Below are positions 58,908 to 64,000 of a stretch of 64,000 nt of DNA, one piece after another. Under the pieces are notes generated by a model, which was given only the letters and a program-made list of their open reading frames with translations, made no database searches and was not told where the DNA came from. Made by a program: the position numbers and the translations under genes. The stretch spans positions 6,327 to 70,326 of the forward strand of contig NZ_DAIPIW010000004.1 of assembly GCF_036770585.1 (NCBI RefSeq), given 5' to 3'. The stretch comes from Yoonia sp. Lineage in GTDB: Bacteria; Pseudomonadota; Alphaproteobacteria; Rhodobacterales; Rhodobacteraceae. Numbering within the stretch: position 1 is the stretch's first letter; each line of letters starts with the position of its first letter.

Positions 58908-59396
58908 ATGATTTCACGACGTACCATGCTGATGGGATCAGCGCTTGGCCTTGCGGGATGTTCCGCAGCATCAACCGAATATCGCGGACCAGAGGTCACG
59001 CGCATTCAGGTCTTCAAAGAGGCGCGGGTGATGCAGGTCATGCATGAAACCACGCTTTTGAAGCAGTATCGCTTCGATCTGGGCTTCAATCCTGTCGGAC
59101 ACAAGACGCAGGAAGGCGACGGCAGAACGCCCGAAGGGGCCTATCTGATCGACCGCAAAAACCCCAACAGTCGGTTTCACCTGTCGCTGGGCATCTCTTA
59201 TCCCAACCGCAACGACATCGCGCAGGCCCGTGCACGTGGCGTCGATCCCGGTGGCGATATCTTCATTCATGGCACTCCGTCACGATGGATCGGCCAGCCC
59301 GACTGGACCTGGGGCTGTATCGCCGTGACGAATGAGGAAATGGACGAGCTTTACCCGATGATCGACAAGGGCACCAAGATCTTCATCTACACCTAG
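58908..59396 (+). CDS. L,D-transpeptidase (YkuD family) lipoprotein
   Basis: LAGC lipobox, EGDGRTPEG, IFIHG...WTWGCI. Confidence 0.88.
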   Translation: MISRRTMLMGSALGLAGCSAASTEYRGPEVTRIQVFKEARVMQVMHETTLLKQYRFDLGFNPVGHKTQEGDGRTPEGAYLIDRKNPNSRFHLSLGISYPNRNDIAQARARGVDPGGDIFIHGTPSRWIGQPDWTWGCIAVTNEEMDELYPMIDKGTKIFIYT

Positions 59397-59941
59397 AACA
59401 GCGTAGGGATCGGGCGGCTTTCTGCGGGATCGCTGCCCATGTTGAGCGTCCACCAAAGCTTGCCGCCTTGTTCCTGATACCATGCGAACCCCATGAACCG
59501 CGCGCCGGGATCAAGGATCACGGCCCGTGTATCGGGTTGTGTCATCCACGCGGCAAGGGTCTGGGTCTCGCTTTCGAACGACTCGGATATGTTTTCACCC
59601 AGAAGCCGCCCCGGAAAGCCGACGCGTCGCGCGCGGTCAAGCGGGCTGGATCCATCCGAGCCGAAAAGCCATGGCCGGTTCTGAACCGCCATATCGCGGG
59701 AATGTGTGGCGGCAGCGGCATTCAGGCGCGGGTCAAGCTGAACCGGTGGGGCGCCTGCGGTCTGACGCAGGGCATTCACGCTGTCGAGCATCCGGAACTG
59801 GATCGCCGCCGAATCTGCCGGATCGATACGGTAGATGACCGGCAGCGGGTTCCCGTCAGGGCCAAGCGGCCGCCGGGCTGTCGTATCGCATGCTGCCAGC
59901 CCGACCGCAGCAAAACCCAAAAAGAACTCTCGTCGTAACAT
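59393..59941 (-). CDS. CAP/SCP domain lipoprotein
   Basis: LAAC lipobox, VNALR, AAATHSRDM, GENI. Confidence 0.85.
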   Translation of the reverse strand: MLRREFFLGFAAVGLAACDTTARRPLGPDGNPLPVIYRIDPADSAAIQFRMLDSVNALRQTAGAPPVQLDPRLNAAAATHSRDMAVQNRPWLFGSDGSSPLDRARRVGFPGRLLGENISESFESETQTLAAWMTQPDTRAVILDPGARFMGFAWYQEQGGKLWWTLNMGSDPAESRPIPTLF

Positions 59942-60109
59942 AAGGATAATACCCAAGGAGTTGTCAGTCCTTGCTTAGCGGGATTGCAGCGACACTTCAA
60001 ACACACTCGGCGATCAACCGCGGTCCATGACGTTTGTGTGAATTGAAGTCGCGTCAGAGACACAATAGTTCTGAATAGGACCCCTTTATCTCTTTCGATG
60101 GAGAACGCC

Positions 60110-60691
60110 ATGACCAATACTTTTTCACGCCGTGGATTTCTGGCTGCGTCGGCAGCGATGATCGGCACCGGTGCCGCCGCGCAGACCGCCGGTACCACTG
60201 AAATGGAAGAAAGCGTGCTGACCGGCGTGCGCCGCAATATCTCGAGCTTCCGGTCCCTCGACTGGCAGCCCTATTTCTCGAACCTGCGAAACGGTGCGGT
60301 CCTCGTCGATATCCAGTCACGCGCCCTGCACTTCTGGTCCGAGGACCAAACGATCTACAAGCTCTTTCCGACCAGTGTTCCCCTGTCCGAGGACCTGACC
60401 CGCACGGGGCGTACCGAAATCACCCGCCGGGTCGAAGGGCCAAGCTGGGCACCGACGCCGGCGATGAAAATCCGCAATCCGGAATGGCCCGACTTTATCG
60501 GACCTGGCCCTGATAACCCGCTGGGATCGCACGCATTGCATCTGTCATGGCAGTATTACCGGATCCACGGCACCCATGACACGCGCAAGATCGGCCGTCG
60601 TTCGTCGAACGGCTGCATCGGTCTCTACAACGAGCATATCGCAGAGCTTTACGACCTTACGAAGGTCGGCACACAGGTTCTGCTGATCTGA
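60110..60691 (+). CDS. L,D-transpeptidase (ErfK/YkuD) with Tat signal
   Basis: SRRGFL, GPDNPLG, RIHGT...SNGCIGL. Confidence 0.9.
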   Translation: MTNTFSRRGFLAASAAMIGTGAAAQTAGTTEMEESVLTGVRRNISSFRSLDWQPYFSNLRNGAVLVDIQSRALHFWSEDQTIYKLFPTSVPLSEDLTRTGRTEITRRVEGPSWAPTPAMKIRNPEWPDFIGPGPDNPLGSHALHLSWQYYRIHGTHDTRKIGRRSSNGCIGLYNEHIAELYDLTKVGTQVLLI

Positions 60692-60694
60692 GGT

Positions 60695-61930
60695 CTAGCG
60701 CCGAAAGAAGTTGAAGATACTCCAGCGCCGCTTGGCGGGCACGGCAAGTTTGCCAGGCTCAGTAAAGACTGGTTCTGACCAGACATGGGCGCGTTCCATC
60801 AGTTCCTGCACCTGTTCGTCGGGATCGGGCCGTGCATCGGATGTGATGGACGCATCCCTGTGCGACGGCTGGCGGCGCGTCCTGGGATCGACGCCGCGCG
60901 GTTCGGCGCTGAGGTATTCGTTGGTTTCCGACACAAGGCGGGTCAGCACCTTGTTCAGATCATCGGTCGATGTCTGGCGGATCGGGCGGGTCTTGTCCTT
61001 GCGGCCAGTGATCACGTTCATCCATTCGCGCGCGGTCTGGATGCGTTCGCGCGGCAGAATCGCCATCGCCTGATCGATCGCTTCTAGGAATTCGGGATCG
61101 TATTCGGGAAAGCGCCCGGCAAGCGGTTCGCAGGGATCGGGGTTCTTTCCGGCGTATTCGGCCATGCGGGTCTGGCTGTTCGGCGGGGCCTCGCCGCTGA
61201 TCAGGTGATAGAAGGTCGCACCCAGCGCATAGAGATCGCTGCTTGGGCCCTGCTTGCCACCGGAAAAATAGAACTCTTGCGGGGAATACCCATCCTTGAC
61301 CACAAGCACGGCAGAGACGGCGCGCGTCTCGCGGCTGGCCTCTTCGCGCGCGGCACCGAAGTCGATCAGGATCGGGTTGCCCCATTTGTCGAGCAGGATG
61401 TTGTCGGGCGAGATATCGCGGTGCAGCAGATCATGCTGGTGCACAAGGTCGATGGCGTCGAGCACCTTCAGCAGCAGTTCCTTGACCTGATCCGGCGGCA
61501 CCTGATCATAGCGGTCCTTGATCACGCTCAGCAGGTCGCGTCCGTCGATAAGGTCCAGCACCATATAGGCGGTGTCGTTGTCCTCGAAGATGCGGTGGAC
61601 GCCGACAATGTTGGGATGCTTGAGCTTTGCAATCGCCCGGGCTTCGCGCATGAACATCTGCACGATGGCGCGATACTTTTCCTGATGCGCAGCGGACCGC
61701 ACAAGGACATTGCGGCCTTCACGTTTGCAGAAGGCCTCGGGGTAGCATTCCTTGACCACGACACGGCGGTTCAGGAAGTTGTCTTGTGCCAGATAGGTAA
61801 TCCCGAATCCGCCATTGCTGAGCGGCCGTTCGATCGTGAACTGATCGCCCAATAGCTTTGTGCCGCTTGGAAGCGCTTCACTCCCACTCGGCGGCACGAC
61901 GTCCAGATCAGCATGCTTTGCAGCAGTCAT
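60695..61930 (-). CDS. Hanks-type Ser/Thr protein kinase
   Basis: GGFGITY, VVVKE, HPNIV, HRDISPDN, DFG, GYSPQE, SDLYALG. Confidence 0.92.
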   Translation of the reverse strand: MTAAKHADLDVVPPSGSEALPSGTKLLGDQFTIERPLSNGGFGITYLAQDNFLNRRVVVKECYPEAFCKREGRNVLVRSAAHQEKYRAIVQMFMREARAIAKLKHPNIVGVHRIFEDNDTAYMVLDLIDGRDLLSVIKDRYDQVPPDQVKELLLKVLDAIDLVHQHDLLHRDISPDNILLDKWGNPILIDFGAAREEASRETRAVSAVLVVKDGYSPQEFYFSGGKQGPSSDLYALGATFYHLISGEAPPNSQTRMAEYAGKNPDPCEPLAGRFPEYDPEFLEAIDQAMAILPRERIQTAREWMNVITGRKDKTRPIRQTSTDDLNKVLTRLVSETNEYLSAEPRGVDPRTRRQPSHRDASITSDARPDPDEQVQELMERAHVWSEPVFTEPGKLAVPAKRRWSIFNFFRR

Positions 61931-62162
61931 TTCTTCACCACTTAATCGCGCCAGAACCAGCAGCCCGGCGCAAGTCTATACATTTACACAGATTTTCGAA
62001 TATCCATAAATTACGGCTCTAATGAGGCAAATAACGCAAAAATGAAAGCGGCTTGCGGCGATATTGTAACCGGATCGAGGAATTTTCCGGTGCTTTCGCC
62101 TGCCCGCATTCGTCATGCTGTCCAGCCGGGGCGCTGACAGTTCGATTGTCGCTGGTCGAGAA

Positions 62163-62414
62163 TCAGCTTTGCACGTTTGTCCGGGTCGTTTTCAGCACAT
62201 TGCCAGCCGCGTCACAGATCAGACGCACCCTTCGCCCTTTGTACCAGAAGGTCAGACGCCATTGACCTGCGTCCGCGTCGACACCCGTTTCGGACAGGCT
62301 GGTGATCTCGCCCTCACGCATCTTCTGCGGCACTTCTTCCGGGGCCAGCCCCAGCAGCGGACCAAGATCGTGGGCATCGACAGTCGCCACGGTGCCGGTC
62401 AGGTCGACCTTCAT
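62163..62414 (-). CDS. Small hypothetical protein (DUF6522-like)
   Basis: 83 aa directly after the hemH stop; MREGEITSLSETG...G.WRLTF. Confidence 0.65.
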   Translation of the reverse strand: MKVDLTGTVATVDAHDLGPLLGLAPEEVPQKMREGEITSLSETGVDADAGQWRLTFWYKGRRVRLICDAAGNVLKTTRTNVQS

Positions 62415-62416
62415 CC

Positions 62417-63502
62417 CTAGTCCAGCCAACCCTTGAGATTGCGTTCGATCGCGCCGCAGAGCGCGTCGATATGCGCGGGTTCGTCGTTCAGGCAGGGAAT
62501 ATAGGTGAAGTGTTCGCCGCCTGCATGCTCGAAGCTTTCCTTGATCTCTTCGTTGATCTCTTCCAGCGTTTCGATGCAGTCGGCCGAAAAAGCGGGCGCG
62601 CAAACGGCGATGTTCTTGATACCGTCTTCCTTGGCAAGGCGCGCGACCTCTTCCACCGTGTAGGGTTTCAGCCATTCCTCGGGGCCGAAACGGGACTGGA
62701 AGGTCGTCACGATCTCGGTGTCGTCCCAGCCTAGACGTTCCTTCAGCAAGCGCGTCGTTTTCTGGCACTGGCAGTGGTAGGGGTCGCCTTCGCGCAAGTA
62801 ACGCTCGGGCACGCCATGGTAGGAACAGACCAGTTTCTGGGGCCGCGTTTCGGCATTTTCGTAAGCGCGTTTAATGGATTGGGCCAGCGCCTCGATATAG
62901 GCGGGGTCGTCGTAGTAGGGTTCGACCACGCGGGCGATGGGCTGCCACTTTTCTTCCATCAGGGCGCGGAAGAACTGGTCATTCGCCGTAGCCGAGGTCG
63001 CGCCTGCGTAATGCGGATAGAGCGGGAAGAACACGATCTTGGTGCAACCGGCCCCGACCATCTCGCGGACCTTGGATTTGGTCGAGGGGTTGCCGTAGCG
63101 CATGCAGAAATCGACGCGCACATCGTCACCATAGCGTTCGACCATCTTCGCCTTGATCGCCGCGGTCTGCGCCTTGGTGATGGTCATCAGCGGGCTTTCG
63201 TCGGCCTCTTCGTTCCAGATCGACTTGTAGGCCGCACCGGACGAGAACGGACGTTTCGACAGGATCACCAACTGCAGAAGCGGCTGCCAGATCCATGCGG
63301 AATAGTCGATGACGCGCTTGTCGGACAGAAACTCGTTCAGGTAGCGCCGCATCGACCAGTAGTCGGTGCCGTCCGGCGTTCCGAGGTTGGCCACAAGGAT
63401 CCCGACCCGCGCCGGCTTGATCGGCGGATGGTCCGCCTTTGCATGCACGGGACATACGGCGGGACGTTCCTCGGTGGTGTTCTGGGCATCAAACATTTTC
63501 AT
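62417..63502 (-). CDS. hemH: Ferrochelatase
   Basis: NLGTP, FLSDKRVI, MRYGNP, SYHGVP, FQSRFG..WLKP, DCIETLEEI. Confidence 0.97.
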   Translation of the reverse strand: MKMFDAQNTTEERPAVCPVHAKADHPPIKPARVGILVANLGTPDGTDYWSMRRYLNEFLSDKRVIDYSAWIWQPLLQLVILSKRPFSSGAAYKSIWNEEADESPLMTITKAQTAAIKAKMVERYGDDVRVDFCMRYGNPSTKSKVREMVGAGCTKIVFFPLYPHYAGATSATANDQFFRALMEEKWQPIARVVEPYYDDPAYIEALAQSIKRAYENAETRPQKLVCSYHGVPERYLREGDPYHCQCQKTTRLLKERLGWDDTEIVTTFQSRFGPEEWLKPYTVEEVARLAKEDGIKNIAVCAPAFSADCIETLEEINEEIKESFEHAGGEHFTYIPCLNDEPAHIDALCGAIERNLKGWLD

Positions 63503-63553
63503 CGACCTTAGGTAGCGTCATTCCGGGGTGATTTAAATAAAATACGTCCCGGA

Positions 63554-64000
63554 TCAAACTTTGGACCTATCAAGGGGCTTTTCTTGCGTGCCCAGCACAT
63601 CGGCAAGCCGTGCAGTGGCGCTTCCGGGGCGCAGGGGTTTGGGCTGGCTGTCGTCCGGTGCCCAGCCCGTCAGCGTGATGAAGTCGAAGGTCGCATCGAC
63701 GCGACCTGCGGCATTGCGGAAGTTTTCGGCGTAGATGCAGGCCGCCTTCGTCAGGACATCGCGGCGGGTCACTTGCTTGATCCTGTCGGTCAGCGCGTTG
63801 TTCTCGCCCATTTTGCGCAGGTCGTGCATCAGGTGAAAGGCATTGACGTAACTGGCGGTCAGCGGCGCGCTGTCGGCGACGGGCAAGGCAAAGCCCGCCC
63901 GTTGCAGAAGGCCGCCAAGGTCTCGGATTTCCCCCATCGGCGCGATGCGCGGCGAAAGCCCGCCGGTCACAAGCGCCTCGGCCTGACCAAGTGCCGCGCG
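63554..64000 (-). CDS. SAM-dependent methyltransferase, NDUFAF5/BioC-like (5' part outside window)
   Basis: GGLSPRIAP, LLQRAGFALPVAD, LMHDLRKMGE, GWAP...QPKPLRPGSA. Confidence 0.85.
   Translation of the reverse strand, partial: RAALGQAEALVTGGLSPRIAPMGEIRDLGGLLQRAGFALPVADSAPLTASYVNAFHLMHDLRKMGENNALTDRIKQVTRRDVLTKAACIYAENFRNAAGRVDATFDFITLTGWAPDDSQPKPLRPGSATARLADVLGTQEKPLDRSKV

Overview
GC-rich alphaproteobacterial chromosome segment; gene order and content point to Rhodobacteraceae/Roseobacter group. It spans the probable replication origin. Most of it is core genome: addB-addA-trxA, hslV/hslU, mltA-timA/fxsA-secB, dnaQ-coaE-aroE-maf, putative oriC, hemJ-rho-mnmE-mnmG-rsmG-parA-parB with two parS sites, hemW-rdgB-rph, hrcA-grpE, mutS, maeB, argG, hslO-nudL-cca, paired ABC exporters, L,D-transpeptidases and hemH. 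The standout is an accessory cluster at about 40.0-45.8 kb, closed on the right by an IS6 relic. It encodes a vitamin K-dependent gamma-carboxylase (GGCX/HTTM) homolog, a DCC-family thiol-disulfide oxidoreductase, two small secreted proteins whose acidic tracts are Asp-only, a subtilisin (S8) protease with an Asp-only N-terminal extension, and an ECF sigma/anti-sigma pair. Five copies of one ECF-type promoter motif, G(G/A)AAT-N16-CGT(T/A), precede five of these genes, and two copies are fused into a palindrome. My hypothesis, which is inference and untested, is an ECF-regulated, RiPP-like system that beta-carboxylates secreted poly-Asp proteins and processes them proteolytically, probably for Ca2+/metal binding. 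Also present: a proline-betaine-type catabolic module with tandem TetR operator candidates and three copies of a covarying double-hairpin intergenic repeat. No rRNA, tRNA or CRISPR array was recognised. All assignments come from motif recognition by eye; no database searches were run.
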